Origin: a virus
Length of the DNA stretch: 64,000 nt
IMG/VR virus record: IMGVR_UViG_3300042434_002493
Coordinates: 1-64,000 of that record
Direction: 5' to 3' (one strand)
A program made the translations under genes and the position numbers. Below are positions 47,692-57,792 of the stretch, piece by piece (positions within the stretch are counted from its first letter, which is position 1; every line of letters starts with the position of its first letter). Under the pieces are notes generated by a model. The model was given only the letters and a program-made list of their open reading frames with translations, was not told the origin of the DNA and searched no databases.

Positions 47692-47846
47692 TGATGGCCG
47701 CAGACGCCGCCACGACGCTCAACGCCGTGGACTCCGCAGCCGTCCGAGGGTACGTTTCGCGCACGGGCGACCGCCGCCCCCGCACGCGACAGGAGTGGGC
47801 CGACCTGGCCCGCCTGGAGCGCGTTCGACCCATCGCTCAGGAGTGA
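47691..47846 (+). CDS. Small pre-sheath protein
   Basis: 51-aa ORF filling the gap, RTRQEW motif; usual position in myoviruses. Confidence 0.45.
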   Translation: MMAADAATTLNAVDSAAVRGYVSRTGDRRPRTRQEWADLARLERVRPIAQE

Positions 47847-47851
47847 CTCAG

Positions 47852-49684
47852 ATGGCAAACCCTCTCGACGTGCTCGACGACGACGGCCGACCCCATGTGT
47901 TCCCGAGCGTCCGGTCGCGCATTCGGGTCATCGAGTCCGCACCGTCCGGTGTCGCCAATCCGTTCCCCGCGATCTTCCTCGGGAAGCTCAACGCCGGCCC
48001 GCAGACGCTTTCGGACTGCGGCTCACTCGCGGTGTTCAAGGAGACGCACAACCCGGAGGACGTCGCCGACGTTGCGACGGACGCCGTCGCCCACGCTTTC
48101 CGGCCGTCGCCCGATCCAGACACGGCCGGCGCGCCGTTCGTGCGGGTCGCCCGCGTCGGGCAGCCGACGGCCGCGTACATCGACCTGATCGACTCCGAAG
48201 ATGATGCCGCGTGCATCCGTGTGACGAGCCTCGACAAGGGCGACATCTACAACGGCCTGCGCCTACGGGTGGACAACACGGACGACCAGGCCCTCGCCGC
48301 CGGGCGTAACGTCTCCGTCGGGTTCCGCCAGCGGCCCGCCGACGTCAAGGTGGGGCGCCGTCTCGGGCCCGTCATGACGGTGCAGTACACGGCCGGAGCG
48401 ACGACCGCGACCCTGACGATCACGGCCGCCACGCCCGGGGCCGCGACCCGGTTGCAGACGGCACTCACCGACGGCGCCGCCGGCACCGCAGCCCTCGACA
48501 TCGACCTCACCCGGCCCGAGTTCCGCACCTGCAAGCAGGTGCTCGACTACATCAACAGCCAGGCCGGCTACACCGCCACGTTCCGCAGCACCGACGCGCC
48601 GGTCGCCGAGATGAGCGCGCGCGAGTTGGACGCCGTCAACGCCGGCAGTATCGACGGCGTCGATCTCCTTCTCAGCGCGAAGATCGGCGCGATCTGCGCG
48701 TGGATCAACAGCGCGTGCAGAGTGATCGGGCCGGTCAAGGGCATCGTGGCCACACGCACGGCAGGCGCGACGCTCTACCCTCTGGAGACCGAGGTGTGGG
48801 TCCCCTTTGCCCACGGAAGCAATCCCGCAGCCGTGCTCGCGGACTACGTCGCCGCACTCGCCGTGCTCGCGGCCACCCCGGTCAAGAGCGGGGTGATCTT
48901 CCTCGACACCCAGGACGTCACGGTGCAGGGCGCCGTGCTCGACTGGACGGACGACCAGAGGGCCCAGCATGGACGCCGGTTCCGCGCGGTTTTCGGGTGC
49001 GACCCGACCTTGACGGACGCGGTCATCCAGGCCCGCGCCGCGGCCATCGGCCGCACCGAGGTCGCGCTCTATTGCCAGCGCGTCGTCGATGCGGTGGACC
49101 CCACGCGCGTCCACCAGCCCCTCGTCACGGCCGCCGCCGTGGCCGGACTGACCGCGGGCATGAATCCCGAGCTGGACGTCAACAGCCTGGTGATCACCGA
49201 CCGGCTGCTTCGCGGCTCCGCCATCTACCCGGCCGACGTGCGCGAGATCCGCACCGGCGAGGACAACGCCCGCGGGGGCGTCTCGATGCTTCAGTACGAC
49301 GGCGGCGTCCGCATCGCCCTCGCCCTCAGCACGAGCCAGTCCCCGAAGGTCGCCTACCGGAAGTGGTCCGAGACGGTCTGCATCGACTTCCTCGCCTACA
49401 ACATCGAGGCCGGCGTCTACGCCATCAAGACCGCATGGGCCACGCCTCAGTGGGTCAAGGCCGTTCTCCGCCGCGCCGCGAAGGTGCTCCAGGCCGCCGA
49501 GAAGGTGGGCATGATCACGCCGGGCATCGACGTCGAGACGAACATCCCCGTGGACGCGTGGACCGTGAACGGGGTGGAGACCTACAACGGCCGCACCGTC
49601 GTGGATTTCAACGCCTCGCTTGCGGGCGAGAACGACCACATCCAGATTCGCGGCACGGTTCTGAAGGTGGCCCTTCAGGGCTAA
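47852..49684 (+). CDS. Tail sheath protein
   Basis: AGGAG RBS; 610 aa; G...GP, VARVG, AAAVAGL.AG, GGV and C-terminal NDHIQI patterns; precedes the tube gene. Confidence 0.85.
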   Translation: MANPLDVLDDDGRPHVFPSVRSRIRVIESAPSGVANPFPAIFLGKLNAGPQTLSDCGSLAVFKETHNPEDVADVATDAVAHAFRPSPDPDTAGAPFVRVARVGQPTAAYIDLIDSEDDAACIRVTSLDKGDIYNGLRLRVDNTDDQALAAGRNVSVGFRQRPADVKVGRRLGPVMTVQYTAGATTATLTITAATPGAATRLQTALTDGAAGTAALDIDLTRPEFRTCKQVLDYINSQAGYTATFRSTDAPVAEMSARELDAVNAGSIDGVDLLLSAKIGAICAWINSACRVIGPVKGIVATRTAGATLYPLETEVWVPFAHGSNPAAVLADYVAALAVLAATPVKSGVIFLDTQDVTVQGAVLDWTDDQRAQHGRRFRAVFGCDPTLTDAVIQARAAAIGRTEVALYCQRVVDAVDPTRVHQPLVTAAAVAGLTAGMNPELDVNSLVITDRLLRGSAIYPADVREIRTGEDNARGGVSMLQYDGGVRIALALSTSQSPKVAYRKWSETVCIDFLAYNIEAGVYAIKTAWATPQWVKAVLRRAAKVLQAAEKVGMITPGIDVETNIPVDAWTVNGVETYNGRTVVDFNASLAGENDHIQIRGTVLKVALQG

Positions 49685-49696
49685 GGAGCACACGAG

Positions 49697-50143
49697 ATGG
49701 CAACGAAAGTCGAATCGGGATCTACCTGCATCCTCGTGGTCTACGCGGCCGGCGACGACGCGGGCGTCACCTGGGGCCTCGTGGACAACGTCACGATCAA
49801 CGACCGCCACATCAGCGAGTTCTTGACCGGGATCGGCGCGATGGAGCCGCAGGAGCCCGTGTACCACGGCAAGGGCCCGGTGTCCGTCTCGTGGGGCCGC
49901 GCCGTGACCACCATCCAGGAGAGCCCGCAGTCCGTGGGCATCGTGCCCCTCCGGCGCAACATGGTGGGCCACGAGCCCTGTGACCTGGAGTTCCAGAGCC
50001 TCAAGAGCGGGCGGACGATCCTGCGCGTCTCCGACGTCCTCCCCGGCAGCTTCAGCACCCAGGTCGGCGAACAAAAGGCCATCCGCCAGAACGGTGATTG
50101 CCAGGGCCGGATCTCCGAACACATGGCCGATCTCGCTTCCTGA
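49697..50143 (+). CDS. Tail tube protein
   Basis: 148 aa after the sheath; TAAGGAG RBS; GIGAMEPQE.V motif. Confidence 0.8.
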   Translation: MATKVESGSTCILVVYAAGDDAGVTWGLVDNVTINDRHISEFLTGIGAMEPQEPVYHGKGPVSVSWGRAVTTIQESPQSVGIVPLRRNMVGHEPCDLEFQSLKSGRTILRVSDVLPGSFSTQVGEQKAIRQNGDCQGRISEHMADLAS

Positions 50144-50224
50144 TACCCACGAGGCGGGGCCGAGCCGCTCCCAGGCGGCCTCCCCTCGCCCAGTCTGACC
50201 TGACAGAGAGGACCATTCGACGTC

Positions 50225-50629
50225 ATGAGCATCCAGCCTAAGCTCCTGCCCAAGAGCATCACCCTCGACACCGGCGCCACAATCGAGGTGGTCTTCCGCC
50301 GCCCCGGCTACGAGGGCATCAAGCGCATCGCGAAGCACTACGCGAGCGCGGTCGCCGACCCCAACCCGTTCGCGGGCGGGGCGCCGTCCAACCTGGTCGA
50401 GAGCGAGGTGGGCCGCGGCGCCCTCATGGAGGCCGTGCTCATCGAGTACCTCGTCGAAGCGCCGGCCCACTGGTGGATCGGCGGCAAGCAGCCCGCCGCG
50501 GGCGAGCGCGGGCGCGTGAACACGGATCAGGACGTTGCCGAGTTCCTGGCCGTGGGCAAGGAGGCGTTGACGTTCCACGAGTCCTTTCGCGTCGTGGACG
50601 TTGGCCTCCGCGCTACCCGCGGCGCGTGA
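50225..50629 (+). CDS. Tail assembly chaperone (G-like)
   Basis: Between tube and tape measure; ends ESFR... at a candidate shift site. Confidence 0.7.
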   Translation: MSIQPKLLPKSITLDTGATIEVVFRRPGYEGIKRIAKHYASAVADPNPFAGGAPSNLVESEVGRGALMEAVLIEYLVEAPAHWWIGGKQPAAGERGRVNTDQDVAEFLAVGKEALTFHESFRVVDVGLRATRGA

Positions 50630-51002
50630 CGAGAGGGCCCAGTGGGCCGTCTACCGGACGTTCCCGCAGCTCCTCACCGCGCCGGACGGTCTGACGCCCG
50701 AGCAGGAAGTGTCGATGCAGATTCACATGGCCCTCGACAGGGGCATGGTGATCTGCACGCCATGCGCGACCGTCGTGCCCAGCGGGAAGTTCTGCGGCCG
50801 GTGCGGGCAGCCGTTCCACGCGACCGAGACGGCGCCGATGCTCAAGTGCCAGTCCTGCGAGACGTGGGCCTCGACGACGTTCTGCCCCGGGTGCGGGGAG
50901 CGCCTGGTGTCGGACGCCATGCTGGAAATTGGCAGCGACGTGGACAAGGCGCGAGACCTCATCGCCCAGGCTCAGGCCCGCGCGAGGAGTGAGAAGGGGT
51001 GA
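50571..51002 (+). CDS. Tail chaperone T-like extension with double zinc ribbon, probably reached by +1 frameshift
   Basis: Frame open from 50571, overlapping the upstream gene; CTPC/CGRC/CQSC/CPGC. Confidence 0.6.
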   Translation, partial: RSTSPFASWTLASALPAARDERAQWAVYRTFPQLLTAPDGLTPEQEVSMQIHMALDRGMVICTPCATVVPSGKFCGRCGQPFHATETAPMLKCQSCETWASTTFCPGCGERLVSDAMLEIGSDVDKARDLIAQAQARARSEKG

Positions 51003-53554
51003 AGACGAAGCCAGACCGCACGGTCGGCATCATCGCCCGCGCCGATCTCGCCGACAGCGAACAGAATCTCTCCGCGCTCCAGCAGTTCGCTCAGGGCGTG
51101 CCGGAGAACCTCGCCGAAGCCGAGGACCACGTCCGCGACGCCGCGGACAGCGTGCGGGCCCTCGACAGCATGCAGGGGGCCGAGGGACTCCCGACCCGAT
51201 ACAGGCCCGTCCTGCGCGAGGCGATGGAGGCGCTGCGCAAAGAGGAGTTGTTCCGCGAGGCGAAGATGGGCGAGGCGTCCGACGCTCTGCGCGACATGCA
51301 GGGGCGACAGGACATCGCCGAGTGGCGCGCGCTCAACATGGACGTCCGCGCCCACGGGTTACAGCTCGCCCGCGTCAGGGCCGCGTTGCAGCTCGCCGAG
51401 CGCCTTCAGATGCGGCGCATCCCCTGGGGGCGCATCGCCAGGCGCATCATGTTCGGGCAGACGGGCACACTCGGGGGGTTCGTCCGCGAAGGCGCCGCCC
51501 ACGCCTACAACCGCTTGCGCTCCCTGGCCGACTACGCCCAGCAGGCCGCCGTCTTCGCCATCATCAGCGAGGTGCGCAAGGCCGCCGACGTCGCCGAGGA
51601 CTACGAGGAGGGCCTGGGAGCGTTCGCCGTGGGTCACGGAATGACCGACCCGGGCCGGGGCAACGCCTGGACGGATGCCCCGTGGGTCACGGGCGACGAC
51701 CGCGTCCTGGTGGGCGACGAGTACCAGGTGGGCTTGGGGGGGATCGGCCGGTTGCGCTCCGCCATGATGGCCATGCGCCAGGGGTTCCTGGCCACCGGCG
51801 CCGAGGCGCTCTCGACCTTCGGTGGACTCGGGGACCGCTACACGAAGACCCGCGCCATCGCCGCGATGCAGTTCGCCCGCCGCACCGGAGAGGACCCCGG
51901 CAACGTGGCCGCCCGATACGGGCGGACCCTCATGTACGCCCACGAGTCGGTGACGGGCTTCTTGCCCGAGCAGCGCGAGCCGGCGCCCGAGGTCCACTTC
52001 GAGGTGCCGGAGAGGACACACATGGGCCTGGGCGCGGGCGATGGGGGCACCGGGTCCACCTTCGCGCTGGGGGAGGGGCTCGTCACCAAGACCCGGACCA
52101 TGAGCTTGCAGCAGCTCATCGGCGACGCCGCGGTCGATGCAGGCGAGGGCGCCCGCGTCCCCCTCTTCGCCGAACGGGTCTCCGACTACGCCGAGGACAT
52201 GGGCCGCCGGGCGGGCATGACCGACGCCGTCGCCCCCGTGGGCCTCGCCAGGTGGTCGGCGCAGGCCGGCCTCTTTGGGCGCCCCGAGATCGTCCGGGGC
52301 ATGTTGGCCGGGACGGCCAACATCGGCAGCGACACGATGCTCGCCGCCAAGCTCGCCGCGGTGCGCCGGTTCATGCCGTCGCAGGTCGGGATCGGCGGAG
52401 GCTCGTATGCCCAGGTGCTCAGGCCGGGCAACTTCCGCCAGGCGCGCACCCTCATCGAGTCGGGCGATCCGCAGGTGATCCTCGCCTTCGCCAAGTACGC
52501 CGGAGCAGCCGCGGCCGAAAACGGTCTCGGCGAAGACGGGCGCTCGCTCATCTTCGAGCGCCTGACGGGACTGGGGCCGATGGCCGCCTCGCGCGTGCTC
52601 GCACACGTCGAGCAGTTGGCCGACGTGCGCGCCGTCTCGCCCGAGAAGGGCCTCACCGACCGATGGGTCGAGGGCCCGATGTACCGCGGAGTGTCCGGCG
52701 GGTCGTGGGATAGTGTCGCTCGCGTCCGCAGCGAGCGCGACGCGATGGGTCACGAGTTGGGGCTCCAGGTTCTACAAGTGACCTGGAACATGCGCGAGGC
52801 GATGTTCGTCCTTCGCGACGGCATCAAGGAGGGAAAGCCCTTCACCGACGCCATCGCCGAGGCCGTCGGGAGTCTCTCCGAGACGTCGGTCGCGTGGCTT
52901 ACTGCCAGCCAGGCAGCGAACGGCAAGGTCGGCACGGCCGGCGCTACAGGGGTGACGTGGGCGAGCCAGCAGGCGGGCAAGCCCGGGAACGACTGGGGTG
53001 CGTTCAAGGCGAGCATCGGCAGCCTCTTCGGAGGCCCAGAGCCGAGGCAACCATGGGAGCAGGAGCGAATCGAGCAGAGCCCCGGCCCGAGCGGGCTGAT
53101 CAACCCGGTGCCCGGTGCCCGACTCGGCGACGATCTCGGCGCGCCGCGGAGGCGCAACGGGACCGTCGTGCATCACCATGGCCTCGACCTATTCGCCGAC
53201 GTCGGCACGCCCGTTCAGGCCGCAGCGGCGGGCCAGGTGTATCTCGCCCGAGACCGCTCGACCTGGGAGACCGCCAACACGAGTAGCAGCCGCTCGGCGG
53301 GGATCACCGTTTGGCTCAACCACGCGGACGGAACGCAGACCAGGTACATGCACCTCGACCAGATCGCGATCAACCCGAGAACCGGGGCGCCATTTCGGCA
53401 GGGCGACACCGTGACGCAGGGGCAGGACATCGGCACGGTCGGCACCACGGGCATCCACAACTCACGGTCTCACCTGCACTTCGAGGTCCGGGGCCAATAC
53501 GACCAGGGCCAGCGCCCGGTGATTTCGCCACGCGCAGCACTGGGCATCGAGTAG
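50999..53554 (+). CDS. Tape-measure-like protein with C-terminal M23 peptidase
   Basis: Helical A/G-rich body; HHGLDLFA...YMHL...HLHFEVR M23 motifs. Confidence 0.8.
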   Translation: MKTKPDRTVGIIARADLADSEQNLSALQQFAQGVPENLAEAEDHVRDAADSVRALDSMQGAEGLPTRYRPVLREAMEALRKEELFREAKMGEASDALRDMQGRQDIAEWRALNMDVRAHGLQLARVRAALQLAERLQMRRIPWGRIARRIMFGQTGTLGGFVREGAAHAYNRLRSLADYAQQAAVFAIISEVRKAADVAEDYEEGLGAFAVGHGMTDPGRGNAWTDAPWVTGDDRVLVGDEYQVGLGGIGRLRSAMMAMRQGFLATGAEALSTFGGLGDRYTKTRAIAAMQFARRTGEDPGNVAARYGRTLMYAHESVTGFLPEQREPAPEVHFEVPERTHMGLGAGDGGTGSTFALGEGLVTKTRTMSLQQLIGDAAVDAGEGARVPLFAERVSDYAEDMGRRAGMTDAVAPVGLARWSAQAGLFGRPEIVRGMLAGTANIGSDTMLAAKLAAVRRFMPSQVGIGGGSYAQVLRPGNFRQARTLIESGDPQVILAFAKYAGAAAAENGLGEDGRSLIFERLTGLGPMAASRVLAHVEQLADVRAVSPEKGLTDRWVEGPMYRGVSGGSWDSVARVRSERDAMGHELGLQVLQVTWNMREAMFVLRDGIKEGKPFTDAIAEAVGSLSETSVAWLTASQAANGKVGTAGATGVTWASQQAGKPGNDWGAFKASIGSLFGGPEPRQPWEQERIEQSPGPSGLINPVPGARLGDDLGAPRRRNGTVVHHHGLDLFADVGTPVQAAAAGQVYLARDRSTWETANTSSSRSAGITVWLNHADGTQTRYMHLDQIAINPRTGAPFRQGDTVTQGQDIGTVGTTGIHNSRSHLHFEVRGQYDQGQRPVISPRAALGIE

Positions 53555-53563
53555 GTTTGGGGC

Positions 53564-55432
53564 ATGGAGCAGGCCAACGTCACCCTCAACCTCCAGACGC
53601 AGGACTCCCACCTGCGGCTCGCGAGACTGGCCCTCGACTCCGCCACCGTGCGGCAGAGCTGGGCCGCCCTCCCCGCCGACGTTCGACAGGCCCACAACGA
53701 GCTTTTCCGCCTGACCCAGGAGCAGACGCGACTCGGGCACCTGCGCAGCCAGGAGCGCCAGAGCGTCGAGATGCACTTGGGGTACGTCAACCAGCACCGC
53801 GACCGGGTCCGCAGCCAGGCCGAGGAACTGCGGCAGACGATGGAGTCGCACGACAGGTTCGGCGACTTCCGCAAGAGCGTCAGCGCCGGCACCATCGACA
53901 AGGACGTCCGCTCCGACCCTGCGCTGGCGCACCTTCAGGCCCTCGACAACGAGGCGCGCCACTTCGAGGGGCAGGCCCAGGTCATCGGCCAGACGCAGCA
54001 GGTCTTCGGCCGGTACGGGCTGAGTCCCGACTTCAACATGGGCAACGCCGCAGGCTACTACGGCCGGCGCGCGATGTTCGGGACCAACCAGGATGGCAGC
54101 CCCCGCACGCCCGGCGAGTGGGCCACGAAGGGCGCTTCGGAGACCTTCGGCCGGATGCGCAACACGGCCCGCCAGGCCGCCGGCATCTTCGCCGCCTTCG
54201 AGGGGATCAGCCTCATCACGAACAGCATGCGCGCCTTCGAGGAGCGCGCCGAGACCGTTCAGCGTCTCGGCACTTCGATGGGCGCGAACTTCGGCGAGGT
54301 CGGCACCCGACTGGGCCTCTTGCGCGACGTCTTCCGGTACTCCCGCGCCGAGATGGTCCCGGCCATGCAGGAGTTGGCGCACCACATGGGCAGTCTGTAC
54401 GACTCCCCCGCGGTGCTGCACATGGCCCGCGTGACCGGCATGGACCCGGCAGCGGTGGCGAGCATCGCCGGCAAGGCCCACCCCTACGGGCACATGGACT
54501 ACAACCTCGTTCAGCGCATGACCAACTTCGCCGGGATGGGTTCTCGCCGGCAGATGGCCGTGCAAATGTGGAGCGCCGCTCAGGGGACGCTGGGGCCGGG
54601 CTACTACGAGACGCCCGACGACGCCGCGGCCCGGTACGTCGCCCTCACGTCTCGCGCGATGGGGGAGCCCTACCAGAGCGAGCGCGGCGCCGAGTTCGTG
54701 CAGCGGTTGATCTCCGGCGTGCGGGCGCCCGGCGGGCAGATGATGCACGCCCTGAAGATGAACGCGGTGCGGGGCCTGAAGGTGCCCGGCCTCGACATGG
54801 ACACCAACAGCTACCGGGGCATGCGCGCGGCCCTGGAGACGGGCGGGCCCGAGGTCCTCGAAGCCCTGTTTCGCATGAGCACGCAGCAGGGCGGCACGGG
54901 CGAGATCGGCGCGGAGTTCTTCCAGCAGGCCACCGGCCTTTCGACCATCGAGAGCGACCGCCTGTTCCAGGACATGCAGAAGGGCGGAGGCCGGATGCCG
55001 ACCGGCGCAGCGATCCGCCAGGCGCCCGACATGCGAGACACCTGGAAGCAGGTCACGAACGAGACCTTGAATCCCGCGTGGCGATCCGCCGGGATCAAGA
55101 CGGGCATGGAGAGCGTGCACGAGGAGGTGGGTCAGTACGTCGTGCCCATCGCTCAAGATTTCCGGTCGGCGATGGTGGACTTCCTGGGGGGCCTGACCCG
55201 GACGGGCGACATCCTTCTGAGCCTGAAGAACGCCATGGGCCACCTCACAGGAGATCAAGCGTCGTCGCCCTACACCATGCCCCTGTTCCACGCCATGCAG
55301 GCCCTCAACAGCGACAGCCTCATGGGGTTCCTCACTCGCGAGATGGCAGCCGGCGGCGCGGCCCACGGTTACGACGCCTGGGAAGGCGCAAAGCGCGCCT
55401 GGAAATCGGCGTTCGGAGGATCGAAGCCATGA
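53564..55432 (+). CDS. Second tape-measure-like helical tail protein
   Basis: 622 aa, helical, A/G/M-rich; between the M23 protein and the hub. Confidence 0.6.
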   Translation: MEQANVTLNLQTQDSHLRLARLALDSATVRQSWAALPADVRQAHNELFRLTQEQTRLGHLRSQERQSVEMHLGYVNQHRDRVRSQAEELRQTMESHDRFGDFRKSVSAGTIDKDVRSDPALAHLQALDNEARHFEGQAQVIGQTQQVFGRYGLSPDFNMGNAAGYYGRRAMFGTNQDGSPRTPGEWATKGASETFGRMRNTARQAAGIFAAFEGISLITNSMRAFEERAETVQRLGTSMGANFGEVGTRLGLLRDVFRYSRAEMVPAMQELAHHMGSLYDSPAVLHMARVTGMDPAAVASIAGKAHPYGHMDYNLVQRMTNFAGMGSRRQMAVQMWSAAQGTLGPGYYETPDDAAARYVALTSRAMGEPYQSERGAEFVQRLISGVRAPGGQMMHALKMNAVRGLKVPGLDMDTNSYRGMRAALETGGPEVLEALFRMSTQQGGTGEIGAEFFQQATGLSTIESDRLFQDMQKGGGRMPTGAAIRQAPDMRDTWKQVTNETLNPAWRSAGIKTGMESVHEEVGQYVVPIAQDFRSAMVDFLGGLTRTGDILLSLKNAMGHLTGDQASSPYTMPLFHAMQALNSDSLMGFLTREMAAGGAAHGYDAWEGAKRAWKSAFGGSKP

Positions 55433-56946
55433 GCAGCTCGCGCGTGCGCACAACCTGGTGCCAGGTGCGCATCATCACCCCGCAGATCGGCGTCGGCCCG
55501 TCTGAAGAGTTCACCTTTCGCACTGGCCGCTCCGGGCCTCTTCGGCAGGTGACGACCAACAGCAACACCGAGTCGTGGTCCGGCTCATTCACGTTGCAGT
55601 TCGCGCCCGAGGGCATCGGCAGCGGCGAGGCCATCGCCGCCCGCGTGCCGCCCTACAGCCTGGTGATCATCGAGGCAGGCAGTTCCGAGGGCGAGGGCGA
55701 CGACCCGACACTCATGGTGGGCCTCACGAGCCCGGCCGACTCGTCAGAGACCTACGGGCCGAGCCCGCAGCGCAGCTTGACGATCTCCGGCCGCGGCATC
55801 GAGTGTGTGCTCGAAGACGCGAAGGTCTGGCACGCCCCCTACCTCGAAGGCCAGAGCATCGACGCATTCCTCGACCGCACAGTGCGTCCCGCCTACCTCG
55901 ACGACCTGACCGGCACGCTCACATGGGCCCGTGGCTTCTGGGGGGGCGCCATCGACCCGCGCGAGGCCATGCTGCGCATCCTGCTCTACTATCTCGGACA
56001 CCGCGCGACCGGCGTGGTCTCGCTACTCCTGCCCCAGGGATACCAGCTTCGGCGACTCCTGGTGCCCGGCACGCTCGATTCGCTCCCCGGAGGCATCGAG
56101 GCGTGGGCGCCCGTGCTGGACACCATCGGCGACATCGTGCCCGCGGTGCGCGTGCTGGCCACCCTCACGACCGCGCCGCAGATCCCGCCCAACTGGACGA
56201 TGCTGCGCCCGGACTTCAAGATCCTGACCTCGCAATTGTCGCCGCAGCCCGGCGACATCGTGAACATGCTCCGCCAGGTACACGACAACACGTTTCACGA
56301 GCTGTTCGTGCGCCACGAGGACGGGGCCGCCCGCATCATCCACCGCACCCGCCCGTTCCTGCGACAGACACCCACGGTGGGCGCGTCAGCGTTCGCCCCG
56401 GGCGTGACCGACCTCCCCACGGTCCACATCGGCGCCGACGACCTGCGCGCGATGCAGCTCCGCCACGGCGTCGAGCCGGTATTCAACCTGTTTTATGTGA
56501 CGCCGGCCGCCGGCACCACGTTCAATTGGGAGAGCTTCAAGGCCCTCGTGTCACCCTCGTTTTGCGGCCGCTCCGACGAGCCCGCGTTCGTCGGACGCTA
56601 CGGCGTCCGTCCCTTGGACGTGCAGAGCCCGTACATCAGCGCGGACAACGAGAGCGACCCCAACACGACCCCCGAGATCATCGAGATGGCGAAGGACATG
56701 GCCGAGACCCTCCGCGCCTGGTACTCGCCGCACCCGTCGATGAAGCAGGGCCGGATCAGCGTCCGAGGCCGGAGCACGATGCGTCCGGGCGTCCGCGTCG
56801 TCCGCGACGCCGTTGGGTCCAGGCCGGCCGAGGAGTTCTACGCGACCGCCGCCGGCCATACCATCGACCTGCACACGGGCGAGTGGAGCGCCACGCTCCA
56901 GATCACTCGCGGGTGGCCGCTCCGCAGCCAGGAGATCACGCCATGA
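55429..56946 (+). CDS. Baseplate hub protein
   Basis: Start MSSSRV (55429, GGAGG RBS); GSFTLQF, LTISGR, FHELF, RYGVRPL, G.ISVRG...RPG, TLQITRG. Confidence 0.75.
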   Translation: MSSSRVRTTWCQVRIITPQIGVGPSEEFTFRTGRSGPLRQVTTNSNTESWSGSFTLQFAPEGIGSGEAIAARVPPYSLVIIEAGSSEGEGDDPTLMVGLTSPADSSETYGPSPQRSLTISGRGIECVLEDAKVWHAPYLEGQSIDAFLDRTVRPAYLDDLTGTLTWARGFWGGAIDPREAMLRILLYYLGHRATGVVSLLLPQGYQLRRLLVPGTLDSLPGGIEAWAPVLDTIGDIVPAVRVLATLTTAPQIPPNWTMLRPDFKILTSQLSPQPGDIVNMLRQVHDNTFHELFVRHEDGAARIIHRTRPFLRQTPTVGASAFAPGVTDLPTVHIGADDLRAMQLRHGVEPVFNLFYVTPAAGTTFNWESFKALVSPSFCGRSDEPAFVGRYGVRPLDVQSPYISADNESDPNTTPEIIEMAKDMAETLRAWYSPHPSMKQGRISVRGRSTMRPGVRVVRDAVGSRPAEEFYATAAGHTIDLHTGEWSATLQITRGWPLRSQEITP

Positions 56947-57788
56947 TGATGCCCGACCCCGCCCGCTTGATGCTCACCGTGCGCTTGGCGCGCGTGCTGC
57001 GCGTGAAGGCCGGCGAAGGCCGTTCGCCTGGACAGAAAGCGTCCCAGTGGATCGTGGACCTCGAAGACCTCGACTCCGGGGCCATCGTGGTCGGGGCCCT
57101 GGTGGTCGGCAGCCGGCGGCCAATCGCTACGTCGAAGACCCGCGCGAGCATCGGGGTCTACACCGCGCTCGCGGGAAACTCCGCGAAGTGCGTCTTCTGG
57201 GCGCTCACCTGGCCGTCGTGCAGCAAGCGCGACATCGCGAGTCACGACCTCCTCGACGAGCACGAGACCATCACCTTCCACATCGAGCGCGGGGCCCGGT
57301 CGGGGAACACGGCCTACACGATCAAGAAGCCGGACCTCGACCGCTCCGACGACAACGAGTTCGAGGCCGGCCAGGTCTACCAGCGCGACTACATGCAGGA
57401 GCGATACCTCCAGATCCTCGCCGACAAGGAGGGGCGCGGCGTCTCGTTCGAGATGCTCGGAGGCAGCCGCCGCATGGCCCGCGCAGGCACGACCGACGAG
57501 GGCGGGAAGGGCGACTACGTCCAGATCGACGCCGAGACCTCGCCCAACTTTGCCGCGTGGATGACGTGGGTCACGAGCGCGATCACCGCGTTGTCGGGCG
57601 TCTCCCAGGGTGGTGGCGGTCCCATCCCGCCCGCGGTCATTCCCCCGTTTCCGACTCTGGGGCCCGATGGCAGCCCGGCGGGCGACCCCGTGCCCGCGGT
57701 AGACGGAGCCGAACCAGGGCCGCCGCCGGTCGGCGCGAGCGTCGTCGGCGCCATCGTCACCGGCTCACCCAGCACGAGAGGGAAGTAA
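56943..57788 (+). CDS. Putative baseplate spike (gpV/gp5-like)
   Basis: Follows the hub; N-terminal ARVLRV OB-like strand; C-terminal GAIVTGS. Confidence 0.55.
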   Translation: MMMPDPARLMLTVRLARVLRVKAGEGRSPGQKASQWIVDLEDLDSGAIVVGALVVGSRRPIATSKTRASIGVYTALAGNSAKCVFWALTWPSCSKRDIASHDLLDEHETITFHIERGARSGNTAYTIKKPDLDRSDDNEFEAGQVYQRDYMQERYLQILADKEGRGVSFEMLGGSRRMARAGTTDEGGKGDYVQIDAETSPNFAAWMTWVTSAITALSGVSQGGGGPIPPAVIPPFPTLGPDGSPAGDPVPAVDGAEPGPPPVGASVVGAIVTGSPSTRGK

Positions 57789-57792
57789 GGCC

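Noticed and set aside
50149-50190. GC-rich hairpin after the tail tube gene as a terminator
   Set aside because: Imperfect stem and no U-tract; not distinguishable from background at this GC content.
53311-55428. N-terminal extension of the tracked 1211-aa ORF (likewise 55575-56942)
   Set aside because: Off-frame overlap with real genes; RBS and stop-start coupling support 55429 and 56943.
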